A DNA stretch of 64,000 nucleotides from Flavobacteriales bacterium (GTDB lineage Bacteria > Bacteroidota > Bacteroidia > Flavobacteriales_F > PHOS-HE28): contig JBEPUG010000001.1 in the NCBI GenBank assembly GCA_041691695.1, forward strand, positions 23,922-87,921. Direction: 5' to 3'. The first letter of the stretch is position 1. Every line of letters starts with the position of its first letter. Made by a program: the position numbers and the translations under genes. This document shows positions 1 through 7,769 of the stretch, piece by piece. The notes beneath the pieces were generated by a model, which worked only from the letters and a program-made list of their open reading frames with translations, made no database searches and was not told where the DNA came from.

Positions 1-1
1 G

Positions 2-598
2 ATCGATCTGATGCAACGGCTCCTCGGCGAACACGGACCGGTGCTGTGGCGCAAAGCGAACGGCATCGACGACAGCCCCGTGACGCCATGGCACGAGCGC
101 AAAAGCATCAGCACCGAGCGCACCTTCGAACGCGATACCATCGACATGGTGAAGCTGCGCGGCCTCCTCACCGCCATGGCGGAAAGCCTAGCGTTCCAGC
201 TGCGCAAAGGCGACAAGCTAACCAGCTGCATCGCCGTGAAGATCCGCTACGCCGACATGAACACGCACCTCCGGCAATTGCGCATCGGCTACACCGCGTG
301 CGACCACATCATCCTGCCCACGGTGCACGAGCTCTTCCGCACGTTGTATGACCGCCGCCAACGCATCCGCTTGGTGGGCGTGCGCTTCAGTCACCTCATC
401 GGTGGCGGCCATCAGATGGACGCCTTCACCGACACGCAAGAAGCCATGAGCCTCTACCAGGCCATGGACAAAGTGCGCAAGCGCTTCGGCGATCGCATGG
501 TGATGCGCGCCGCAGGCATGGGCGCAAAAAGCATCGGAAGGATGGACAACCCGTTTGATGGGCAGGCGCCGGTGTTGTTGGCGAATCGGCGGACATGA
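2..598 (+). CDS. dinB: DNA polymerase IV (Y-family, DinB), C-terminal part; the 5' end lies outside the window
   Basis: The reading frame is open to the window start. The translation (KSISTERTFERDT, IAVKIRYADMNTH, RLVGVRFSHL) matches the thumb/little-finger region of DinB-type polymerases. Confidence 0.85.
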   Translation: MDLMQRLLGEHGPVLWRKANGIDDSPVTPWHERKSISTERTFERDTIDMVKLRGLLTAMAESLAFQLRKGDKLTSCIAVKIRYADMNTHLRQLRIGYTACDHIILPTVHELFRTLYDRRQRIRLVGVRFSHLIGGGHQMDAFTDTQEAMSLYQAMDKVRKRFGDRMVMRAAGMGAKSIGRMDNPFDGQAPVLLANRRT

Positions 599-667
599 GG
601 ACGATGCATGAACACCGATCTTACGCCTCTACGGCACAACTTATCTTGTTCTCCGATCCGTCATCCT

Positions 668-1525
668 ATGGAAAAGCAAAACGCCATCAAGGTCTTCGAT
701 GAGAAACAAGTGCGTACCGTTTGGGATGCCGAGCTGGAGAAGTGGTTCTTCTCCATCATCGATGTGATCGCGGCGCTCACCGGTACGGACAGGCCTCGCA
801 AGTACTGGAGTGACCTGAAGACCAAGCTGTTGAAGGAAGGCAGTCAGTTGTCCGATAAAATCGGACAACTGAAATTACAGGCCTCAGACGGTAAGTCCTA
901 TCGCACCGATGTCGCCGACACCGAACAGCTCTTCCGGCTGATCCAGTCGATCCCCTCGCCCAAAGCTGAACCCTTCAAACTCTGGCTGGCCGAAGTGGCT
1001 TCCGAGCGGCTGGACGAGATGCAGGATCCGGAGCTCACCATCGACCGGGCCTTGGAACAATACATGCGTCTGGGCTATTCGGAGAATTGGATCAACCAGC
1101 GACTGAAGAGTATCGAGGTCCGCAAGGAGCTCACCGATGAATGGAAGCGGGTCGGACTGAAGGCAGGTGTGCAGTTCGCCACGCTTACGGACATCATCAC
1201 CAAGGCATGGGCGGGGCGAAACACCAAGGATTACAAAGTCCTGAAGGGCTTGAAGAACGAGAACCTGCGCGATAACATGACCAACACCGAGTTGATCCTG
1301 AACATGCTGGCCGAAGCCTCAACAACGGACATTTCACACGCCACCTATCCTGACTCGTTCGAGGCAAGCAAAGAGGTGGCACGGCAGGGCGGCAACGTGG
1401 CCAAGGTTGCGCGGATCGAACTGGAAGCCCGCACTGGCAAGAAGGTAGTTACAGCAATGAATGCCAAGAAAGCCTTGAAGTCCACCGAACAGCCGAAGGT
1501 CTCACGGGCAGGAAAGAAGAACTGA
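668..1525 (+). CDS. Bro-N domain protein, DinD-like (DNA-damage-inducible protein D family)
   Basis: The ATG at 668 (MEKQNAIKVFDEKQVRTVWDAELEKWFFSIIDVIAAL) gives a Bro-N-like N-terminus. The C-terminal NLRDNMTNTELILNMLAEASTTDIS and ARQGGNVAKVARIELEARTGKKVV resemble the DinD family. The ORF track start at 608 is probably an upstream extension. Confidence 0.6.
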   Translation: MEKQNAIKVFDEKQVRTVWDAELEKWFFSIIDVIAALTGTDRPRKYWSDLKTKLLKEGSQLSDKIGQLKLQASDGKSYRTDVADTEQLFRLIQSIPSPKAEPFKLWLAEVASERLDEMQDPELTIDRALEQYMRLGYSENWINQRLKSIEVRKELTDEWKRVGLKAGVQFATLTDIITKAWAGRNTKDYKVLKGLKNENLRDNMTNTELILNMLAEASTTDISHATYPDSFEASKEVARQGGNVAKVARIELEARTGKKVVTAMNAKKALKSTEQPKVSRAGKKN

Positions 1526-1626
1526 TCCAGCACCTCAAATAGGAGCGTGATATCTCGCGTGCTGGCGCTGCGGGCCTACCGGACAGGCACGGCTTTCCGC
1601 TTCTATCCCTCACACACATCCCGTCA

Positions 1627-4600
1627 TCACTTCTCCCCATACCGCGGATCCGGCTTCCATGGCAGCTTCTCCATCCACTGCGTGCGCAGGCTCACGTGGC
1701 CGAACTCCTCCTCCACCACGCCAGTGAGGCGGTATACGCCGCGCCCGCGGAACGGGAAGCGCGCCGCCACGGAAGGGAACTGCGTACTGTCCCAGAGATC
1801 GCCCACAGTATCGATGAAGGAGCCGAAGGTCATCCGCTGGCCGCCCTGCGTATCGGTGGCCTTCACATGCACCATGTAGCCAAGCATCGTCACCTGCTTT
1901 CCGATGTGTTGATGCATCTCGCTTTTGAGGATAGTGAATGGTGAAAGGCCTTTGGTGAATGGGGCAGACCGCGTACTGCTCTTCAATTCGCCATTCACCG
2001 ATGACCAGTCACCGTATTCCACCAACGTGAACGGATCGCACAACGGAAAGCCCAGCAGATCCAGTTCATCATAGGCATCGGCCAGCGGAAAGTGATGCAG
2101 TTCCGGTAGCATCGGCTCTTCCACCTTCGTGATGAAGAGGTCCGCCATCGCGGAAGCGTTCACCGGCCCGACATGCAGCAGGGCGAGGTCCCACAGCAGT
2201 TGCGGCTTGCTCCTTCCGGTGAAGCGCAGGGCACCCACGCGGATGAGGATCCGCGCTTGTTCCAAGGGAAGCGGCACGCGATGCAAAAGATCCGGCAGGT
2301 CGGCGAAGGGTCCGTTGCGTTGGCGATCGTGGAGGATCAGTTGGACAGTTTCGTCGGTGAGGCTTTTGATGTTGGCGAGGCCGAGGTAGATGTAAGACGC
2401 GTGATTGGTGGCTGGTGATTGGTGATTGGGTACACCTGTGTCGCGACCTGGCCTGACAACGGATAACGGACAACCAGTGACTGGTGATGGGTGGCTGGTG
2501 ATCGGTGATAAGTTCCGCCCCTTCACCAATGGCCTATCACCATTCACCAAAACGCACAGCTCCCCGCTCGCATTCACGCACGGCGCCTCGATCACCGCGC
2601 CTTTCCGTTTCGCTTCGTGCAGGTAGAATTCGGTGCTGTAGAACCCGCCGAAGTTGTTCGCCACACCTACAAGGAATTCCATCGGATGATGCGCCTTCAG
2701 GTAGAGGCTCTGGTAGCTCTCCACCGCGTAGCTCGCGCTGTGCCCTTTCGCGAAGCTGAAGCTGGCAAAGCTTTCGATCTGCCGCCAGATCTCCTCGGCC
2801 TGCCCCTCGGGATAACCGCGTGCCTTGCAGTTGGAAAAAAACTTCTCTTCCACCACTTTGAACTCCGGTCGATCGCGGTAACGGATGTTCATGCCCCGAC
2901 GCACAGTATCGGCCTCCTCCAGATCGAGCCCTCCGTATTGGCTGGCCACGCGCAGCACATCCTCCTGGTAGACCATCACACCGTAGGTCTCCGGCATGAT
3001 GCGCAGGAGTTCCGGCACTGCCAGCTTCACGCGCTCGGGATCGTTGTGGCGCAGCAGGTATTCGCGCATCATTCCGCTCTCAGCCACGCCCGGCCGGATG
3101 ATGCTGCTGGCGGCCACCAGCCCGAGGTAATCATCAACCCGCAGCTTCTTCAGCAGCATGCGCATGGCCGGGCTTTCCACATAGAAACAGCCAACGGTGT
3201 CGCCAACGCGGATCAGTTCCTTGATCGCGGGATCTTGTTTGAATCGCGGGATGTCGTGGATGTCGATGCGAGGTGGTGAGGATGAATTGGGGCCGCAAAG
3301 GCCCGGAGACGCAGAGAATGGTAAGGATGAAGCAGGCGGTGATGGAAGCGCAGTTCTACATTCTACATTTTTCATTTTACATTTTTCATTCCCGTTTCTG
3401 GCTTCCACCAATTCAACCGCATCGCGGATATGCCCCAAGCCGCGCTGACTTAGCAGATCGAACTTGTGCAGGCCGAGGTCTTCCGCCTCGATCATGCTGA
3501 ACTGCGTGACGGGAAATCCTTTCGGCGGCCGATGCAGCGCGGTATAGCACGTGATGGGCCGCTCGCTCACCAACACGCCTGCCGAATGGATACCGAACTG
3601 GTGCGGCATGCCGATGAGATAGTTGCCATAGCGGATCACTGCCCGTGCGATCCGGTCCTGCTCACCGCGCGCTCCTTCAGGAAACCTCCGATGATCCCGG
3701 TAGTGCTCGCGCGAGCCCGCGCCCAGCGCATCGATCTCCGCAGGCGGCAATCCCAGCGCCTTACCCAACTCGCGGATCGCGCCGCGCCAATGAAAGGTGG
3801 TGTAGGTGGCAAGCTGCGCCACATGCTGACGCCCATCCTTGCCCGGACCAAATCGGGAGAACACATACTTGTACACTTCGTCGCGATCCTTCCAACTGAA
3901 ATCGATGTCGAAGTCCGGCGGCTTTTTGCGCGCGGTGCTGAGGAAGCGTTCGAAGTAGAGGTCCAACTCGATCGGATCCACGTCGGTGATCCCGAGGCAA
4001 TACGCCACCAAGCTGTTCGCGCCGCTGCCCCGGCCCACATGGAAAAAACCCTTGCTGCGAGCAAAACGCACGATGTCCTGGTTGATGAGGAAGTAGCTGA
4101 TGAAGTCCATGCCCTCGATCACATCCAACTCGTGCTCCATGCGCGCGATGACCTTTTGCGAAGCATTCGGATAGCGGTAGCTCAGCCCTTCCAGTGTATC
4201 GCGATGCAACTTCTCGCGATCCTGTGCGATGCTTTCGCCGAAGACCTTGCGCGTCTTGTCCGAGCCATCGAAGGTGATGGTGCATTGCTCCAGCAGGCGC
4301 TCGGCATTCTTCACCAGCGCAGGATGATCACGGTAGGTGTGCCGCACTTCCTCCTCGCTGCGGAAGACCTCATCCGATGCCGCAAGTTCTTCCGCAGGCA
4401 ACAGGCTCACCAGCGTGTTCTTCGCCATGGTGCGCAGCAGGCGGTGTGTATTGAAATCACGCTTGTTGCGAAACGTGACGGGCAACAACGCAACGAGGTC
4501 CTGCGATCGTTTCGTCCACGGACTGAAAGGAAGCCGCGTGAGTTCGGATGGTTTGATGCCGATGCGTTCGTTCGGTTTCAACATCCTCGGTGGCGTGCTG

Positions 4601-4944
4601 AAAGGCAGAATAAAAAAAGCATCCAGAAGTTCCGGCGGCTCCTCAGGCAGCGCTTCGCCATCAAGCAGGTGCGGACTCAACAGCTCGTTCAGTTGTTGAA
4701 AGCCGTTGTTGTTCTTCGCGAGACCGATGTAGAGCAACCGTGCCCCCTTTCGAAATTCAATGCCCGCGACCGACCGGATGCCGTGGCTTTCCGCAAGGCG
4801 CGCGAAGTCCGGGATGCCCGCCGTGTTGTGTATGTCGGTGAGTGCAAGGATGCGCACGCCCGCCTTCTGCGCTTCCTCCAAAAGCACCTCGGGTTTCATC
4901 ACCCCGTACTTGAAACTGAACCAGCTGTGCGCGTTGAGAAACAT
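1627..4944 (-). CDS. dnaE2: DNA polymerase III alpha-type catalytic subunit, short error-prone DnaE2/ImuC-like class, with three in-frame low-complexity insertions
   Basis: 1105-aa ORF. It has a PHP domain (MFLNAHSWFSFKYG, LALTDIHN) and polymerase core motifs (GRGSGANSLVAYCLGITDVDP, PDFDIDF, GCFYVESPAMR, SSIIRPGV, FAKGHSASYA). The length and N-terminus fit the DnaE2-like class rather than replicative DnaE1. Confidence 0.85.
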   Translation of the reverse strand: MFLNAHSWFSFKYGVMKPEVLLEEAQKAGVRILALTDIHNTAGIPDFARLAESHGIRSVAGIEFRKGARLLYIGLAKNNNGFQQLNELLSPHLLDGEALPEEPPELLDAFFILPFSTPPRMLKPNERIGIKPSELTRLPFSPWTKRSQDLVALLPVTFRNKRDFNTHRLLRTMAKNTLVSLLPAEELAASDEVFRSEEEVRHTYRDHPALVKNAERLLEQCTITFDGSDKTRKVFGESIAQDREKLHRDTLEGLSYRYPNASQKVIARMEHELDVIEGMDFISYFLINQDIVRFARSKGFFHVGRGSGANSLVAYCLGITDVDPIELDLYFERFLSTARKKPPDFDIDFSWKDRDEVYKYVFSRFGPGKDGRQHVAQLATYTTFHWRGAIRELGKALGLPPAEIDALGAGSREHYRDHRRFPEGARGEQDRIARAVIRYGNYLIGMPHQFGIHSAGVLVSERPITCYTALHRPPKGFPVTQFSMIEAEDLGLHKFDLLSQRGLGHIRDAVELVEARNGNEKCKMKNVECRTALPSPPASSLPFSASPGLCGPNSSSPPRIDIHDIPRFKQDPAIKELIRVGDTVGCFYVESPAMRMLLKKLRVDDYLGLVAASSIIRPGVAESGMMREYLLRHNDPERVKLAVPELLRIMPETYGVMVYQEDVLRVASQYGGLDLEEADTVRRGMNIRYRDRPEFKVVEEKFFSNCKARGYPEGQAEEIWRQIESFASFSFAKGHSASYAVESYQSLYLKAHHPMEFLVGVANNFGGFYSTEFYLHEAKRKGAVIEAPCVNASGELCVLVNGDRPLVKGRNLSPITSHPSPVTGCPLSVVRPGRDTGVPNHQSPATNHASYIYLGLANIKSLTDETVQLILHDRQRNGPFADLPDLLHRVPLPLEQARILIRVGALRFTGRSKPQLLWDLALLHVGPVNASAMADLFITKVEEPMLPELHHFPLADAYDELDLLGFPLCDPFTLVEYGDWSSVNGELKSSTRSAPFTKGLSPFTILKSEMHQHIGKQVTMLGYMVHVKATDTQGGQRMTFGSFIDTVGDLWDSTQFPSVAARFPFRGRGVYRLTGVVEEEFGHVSLRTQWMEKLPWKPDPRYGEK
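1933..2014. repeat. Simple-sequence island A inside dnaE2 (GTGAATGG-type units with a mirrored complementary arm)
   Basis: GTGAATGGTGAAAGGCCTTTGGTGAATGG lies at 1934-1962. GGTGAATGG at 1954-1962 is complementary to CCATTCACC at 1991-1999. The island is translated in frame as GDWSSVNGELKSSTRSAPFTKGLSPFT. Confidence 0.55.
2395..2547. repeat. Simple-sequence island B inside dnaE2 (GGTGATT/GGTGAT units, then an inverted copy of the island A unit)
   Basis: GGTGATT is tandemly duplicated at 2414-2427, and CTGGTGAT units occur at about 2480-2510. CTTCACCAATGGCCTATCACCATTCACC at 2521-2548 is a near reverse complement of 1934-1962. The island encodes about 51 extra residues between GELCVL and YIYLGLANIK. 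Confidence 0.6.
3268..3396. repeat. Simple-sequence island C inside dnaE2 (GGTGA-rich arm, GC hairpin, AT-rich tandem repeats)
   Basis: AGGTGGTGAGGATGAATTGG is followed by the hairpin GGGCCGCAAAGGCCC and by GGTGATGGAAG. TTCTACA is duplicated at 3354-3367 and TACATTTTTCATT at 3364-3376 and 3378-3390. The island encodes about 43 extra residues between DAVELVEAR and IDIHDIPRF. Confidence 0.6.
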
Positions 4945-4946
4945 GA

Positions 4947-4976
4947 TCGACGGCGATCTTGGCGATCGAGCGTCGA
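4947..4976. promoter_or_regulatory. Imperfect inverted repeat immediately upstream of the dnaE2 start codon (operator candidate)
   Basis: TCGACGGCGATC-ttggc-GATCGAGCGTCGA. The arms are complementary except for one inserted base. The repeat lies 3 nt upstream of the ATG at 4944. Confidence 0.25.
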
Positions 4977-5007
4977 AAAAGATAGCACAGAAGAATTTTT
5001 CTCGCGG

Positions 5008-5943
5008 TCAATCCACCGAGAAATAGTCCGCGCTCTGGTAGCGGCCGGTCTCCTCTTTCTCCAGTTGCATGAGGATATCGTTCGCAAGGCTGCTCGCGCC
5101 GAAGCGGAACCAGTGGTTGCTGAGCCATTCCTCGCCGAGCTCTTCCTTCACCATCATCAAATAGTGCAGCGCCTCCTTGCTCTTGCGGATGCCGCCGGCA
5201 GGTTTCATGGCGATCATCTGCCCCGTCTTCAGGTAGTGGTCGCGGATAGCGTGCAGCATCACGAGCGTCACTTCCATGGTGGCCGCCGGACTGATCTTAC
5301 CCGTGCTGGTCTTGATGAAATCCGCGCCTGCCGCGATGGCGATGTCGCTGGCCAAACGCACCTTGTCGTAGGTGCCGAGCTCGCCTGTTTCGAGGATCAC
5401 TTTCAGGCGTGCATCGCCGCAGACCTCCTTGATCGCCGCGATCTCATCGAAGACAAAATTGTAGTCGCCGCTGTGGAAGTGTCCACGGCTGATCACCATG
5501 TCGATCTCGTCCGCGCCTTCGTTCACGGCGTATTTCGTCTCGGCGATCTTCACCGCTTTCGGCGCCTGGCCGCTGGGGAATCCCGTGGCCACGGAGGCCA
5601 CCTTAACCCCGCTGTCACCGAGTGCTTTCTTCGCCACCTTCACCATGGTGGGATAGACGCAGATCGCCGCGACCGTCGGCAGGCCGGGCAGTTGATCATG
5701 CAGGTGGATCCCTTTGTAGCAGAGTTGCCGCACCTTGCTGGGCGTGTCGGCACCTTCCAGCGTGGTGAGGTCGATCATGCTCAGCGCGAGCTTCATGCCC
5801 TGCACCTTCGACTCCTTCTTGATGCTGCGCGTCTTGATCCGTGCCACGCGCTCCTCGATGCCTACTTGGTCGACGGCGGGTGCGGTATTCACGTAGGCGG
5901 CTTTTGCCGCGCTGCTCGCCTTGGCCATGGATCGGTCACCCAT
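5008..5943 (-). CDS. deoC: Deoxyribose-phosphate aldolase, long (DERA-like) form
   Basis: 311-aa ORF with MIDLTTLEGADT, EIDMVISRG and the Schiff-base lysine context ADFIKTSTGK. Confidence 0.9.
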   Translation of the reverse strand: MGDRSMAKASSAAKAAYVNTAPAVDQVGIEERVARIKTRSIKKESKVQGMKLALSMIDLTTLEGADTPSKVRQLCYKGIHLHDQLPGLPTVAAICVYPTMVKVAKKALGDSGVKVASVATGFPSGQAPKAVKIAETKYAVNEGADEIDMVISRGHFHSGDYNFVFDEIAAIKEVCGDARLKVILETGELGTYDKVRLASDIAIAAGADFIKTSTGKISPAATMEVTLVMLHAIRDHYLKTGQMIAMKPAGGIRKSKEALHYLMMVKEELGEEWLSNHWFRFGASSLANDILMQLEKEETGRYQSADYFSVD

Positions 5944-5975
5944 CCACCAAAGATAATCGGAGCAGGAATGGCGAT

Positions 5976-6752
5976 TCAGCGCGAAAGCACTTCCTTGATC
6001 GCCAAAGGCAGGAAGGCCAGATCATCCACGAAGTAGCGACGGAACATACGCCGCGGCTCGGACAGGAAGCGATGCATGAATTCGAGGCCCAAACGCTGAT
6101 AGATCTTCGGTGCGCGCTTCTTCAGGCCAGCATGGAATTCGAAAGAGGCACCCAGCAAGAGGAAGAGGGGAAGTGACCGGCCTTCTGCCCTGAACCGGTC
6201 GATGAGCGCCAATGCCAACCGCTCTTGCTTAGGAAAGCCTAAGCCAAGGAAGACCAGGTCAACAGGATGAGCAATAAGTTCGGCATGGATCTGATCGATC
6301 AACCGCTGCTCGGCACTGCTATCCTCCACAGAATAGAACGGCGGAACGAGATGACGCATGGCAGGCAGCTCATGATGCAACCGTGTCGCGATCGCATCAC
6401 TGCCCAAGACCATGAATACCGGTGCGCCCCTTTTGCACACCCGTTCCCACAAGGGCGGGAAAAGGTCGCTCCCTGCCAAGCGTGCTGGCAACTTCCGGGT
6501 CTTGGTCAAGTTGCTCACCGCCACGATGGGCTGACCATCGGGAAGGATGAACCGGGCATGGCGGATGCGTTCGAACAAAGCGTGATTCGAAGGACGATGC
6601 AGCTTCACGACCTGGTCCACGTTGGGCGTGGATACCAAGGGCAACTCTTCGCCGGAACACGGTGGCAATGGCCAAGTACAGATCTCATTCAGCACCTCAC
6701 CATGGTCCGGCGCGGCGATGAAGGGCATGCCGAACAAGGTGATACGCTTCAT
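5976..6752 (-). CDS. WecB/TagA/CpsF-family glycosyltransferase (GT26)
   Basis: The ATG at 6752 (MKRITLFGMPF) overlaps the upstream stop as TGATG. The motif LGLGFPKQERLA is typical of the family. The longer ORF-track start at 6854 would run into the upstream gene. Confidence 0.8.
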   Translation of the reverse strand: MKRITLFGMPFIAAPDHGEVLNEICTWPLPPCSGEELPLVSTPNVDQVVKLHRPSNHALFERIRHARFILPDGQPIVAVSNLTKTRKLPARLAGSDLFPPLWERVCKRGAPVFMVLGSDAIATRLHHELPAMRHLVPPFYSVEDSSAEQRLIDQIHAELIAHPVDLVFLGLGFPKQERLALALIDRFRAEGRSLPLFLLLGASFEFHAGLKKRAPKIYQRLGLEFMHRFLSEPRRMFRRYFVDDLAFLPLAIKEVLSR

Positions 6753-7768
6753 CACGCTCGCGAGATCCGGCGTTGAAGGGTGTCCACGATATTGCGCATG
6801 CGACTCAGGTTCATCGCAAAAGCACCGGCGAGCTTGAAGGGGAATTTCACCCACATGGCAAGCACCTTTATCGCCGTCGGATGCACTTTCACCTGCTCAT
6901 AACCCAGCTGCTTCATGTGCACGGCGCATGTGCGTTGACAAATGGCGATCTCCACATCCTCCAGATCGCGACGCCATAGGTCCGTCCTATCCTTGCGGAC
7001 ACCGAGGCGCGATAGATCGTCCTTGGCGCTGGAACTTCCCGCATGGGGCACTTCCAACATGCGCTCATCAAATGGGATACCGATGCTCTGGCAGAGTTGC
7101 ATCAGGGTGCCTTGGGGGTCTGTGGTAAGGTCCTCGAATCGCACTTGTACCACGTTCGGGTCATCCTTGAATCGTTCCGCGGCGCGGGCACTGGAGTTCC
7201 AAAGGCTTGCGATAGTATAGGGATGATAGTTCATGCGCAGTCGGCGCACCTCCTTGTCCGGCATGCCTTGATTACCCAATCCCTGTCGCATCCACTTGCG
7301 CTTTTGGGAGAGCATCACGGCCCGGGGATCGCGTTGCATCACCACGACTTTAGCGCCTGGAAATTGTTCCAGTATCTCTCGGATATAGAAAATATCCTGT
7401 GGCGTCTTCTCACACGGGATCGTCTTGTCGTGCAATTCACATTCGTGCGCCATGAAGGCTTTGAAAAGCCCGATCCGGTCCAAGTTTGGGTTTAGCCCAT
7501 CCAGCATGTGGCTTACCTCTTCATCGAATTTCCCAAGCACCACTTTCGCGAAAAAGCCATCGCGTTGGCGGGTGATCATCCGCGACAGCAATGCGGCAGC
7601 CTCCTCGCGCGATGGGATGTTGTCCTTATCGCTTGGCGACCACAGCGTGCCGAAAAAATGTGGCTCGTTGATCGGATGAACGGATGGATGATTGCCCATG
7701 ATCCGCAACATCATGGTGGTCCCACTGCGGGAATTCCCAACAATGAAGATGGTCGGCAAGCTTTTCAT
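6752..7768 (-). CDS. Sulfotransferase family protein (ST-1)
   Basis: MKSLPTIFIVGNSRSGTTMM is a 5'-PSB-like P-loop. VVVMQRDPRAVMLSQKRKW is a 3'-PB-like region. The ATG at 7768 lies directly after the upstream stop at 7770-7772. Confidence 0.8.
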   Translation of the reverse strand: MKSLPTIFIVGNSRSGTTMMLRIMGNHPSVHPINEPHFFGTLWSPSDKDNIPSREEAAALLSRMITRQRDGFFAKVVLGKFDEEVSHMLDGLNPNLDRIGLFKAFMAHECELHDKTIPCEKTPQDIFYIREILEQFPGAKVVVMQRDPRAVMLSQKRKWMRQGLGNQGMPDKEVRRLRMNYHPYTIASLWNSSARAAERFKDDPNVVQVRFEDLTTDPQGTLMQLCQSIGIPFDERMLEVPHAGSSSAKDDLSRLGVRKDRTDLWRRDLEDVEIAICQRTCAVHMKQLGYEQVKVHPTAIKVLAMWVKFPFKLAGAFAMNLSRMRNIVDTLQRRISRA

Positions 7769-7769
7769 A

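Noticed and set aside
608-1525. Bro-N/DinD-like gene considered as evidence for a prophage or mobile element
   Set aside because: There is no integrase, transposase, terminase or capsid-like ORF, no att-like direct repeats and no tRNA nearby. A single gene of phage ancestry is not enough to call a mobile element.
3354-3390. Short tandem repeats (TTCTACA x2, TACATTTTTCATT x2) considered as a possible CRISPR or VNTR array
   Set aside because: There are only two copies each, with units of 7-13 nt and no spacers of CRISPR size. The repeats lie inside a continuous reading frame. They are better treated as part of the simple-sequence island.
3466-6036. 856-aa plus-strand ORF, the second longest on that strand in this region
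   Set aside because: It lies entirely antisense to the well-supported dnaE2 and deoC genes. Its translation is Arg/Ala/His/Leu-rich low-complexity sequence with no recognisable motifs. This is a typical long antisense ORF of GC-rich DNA.
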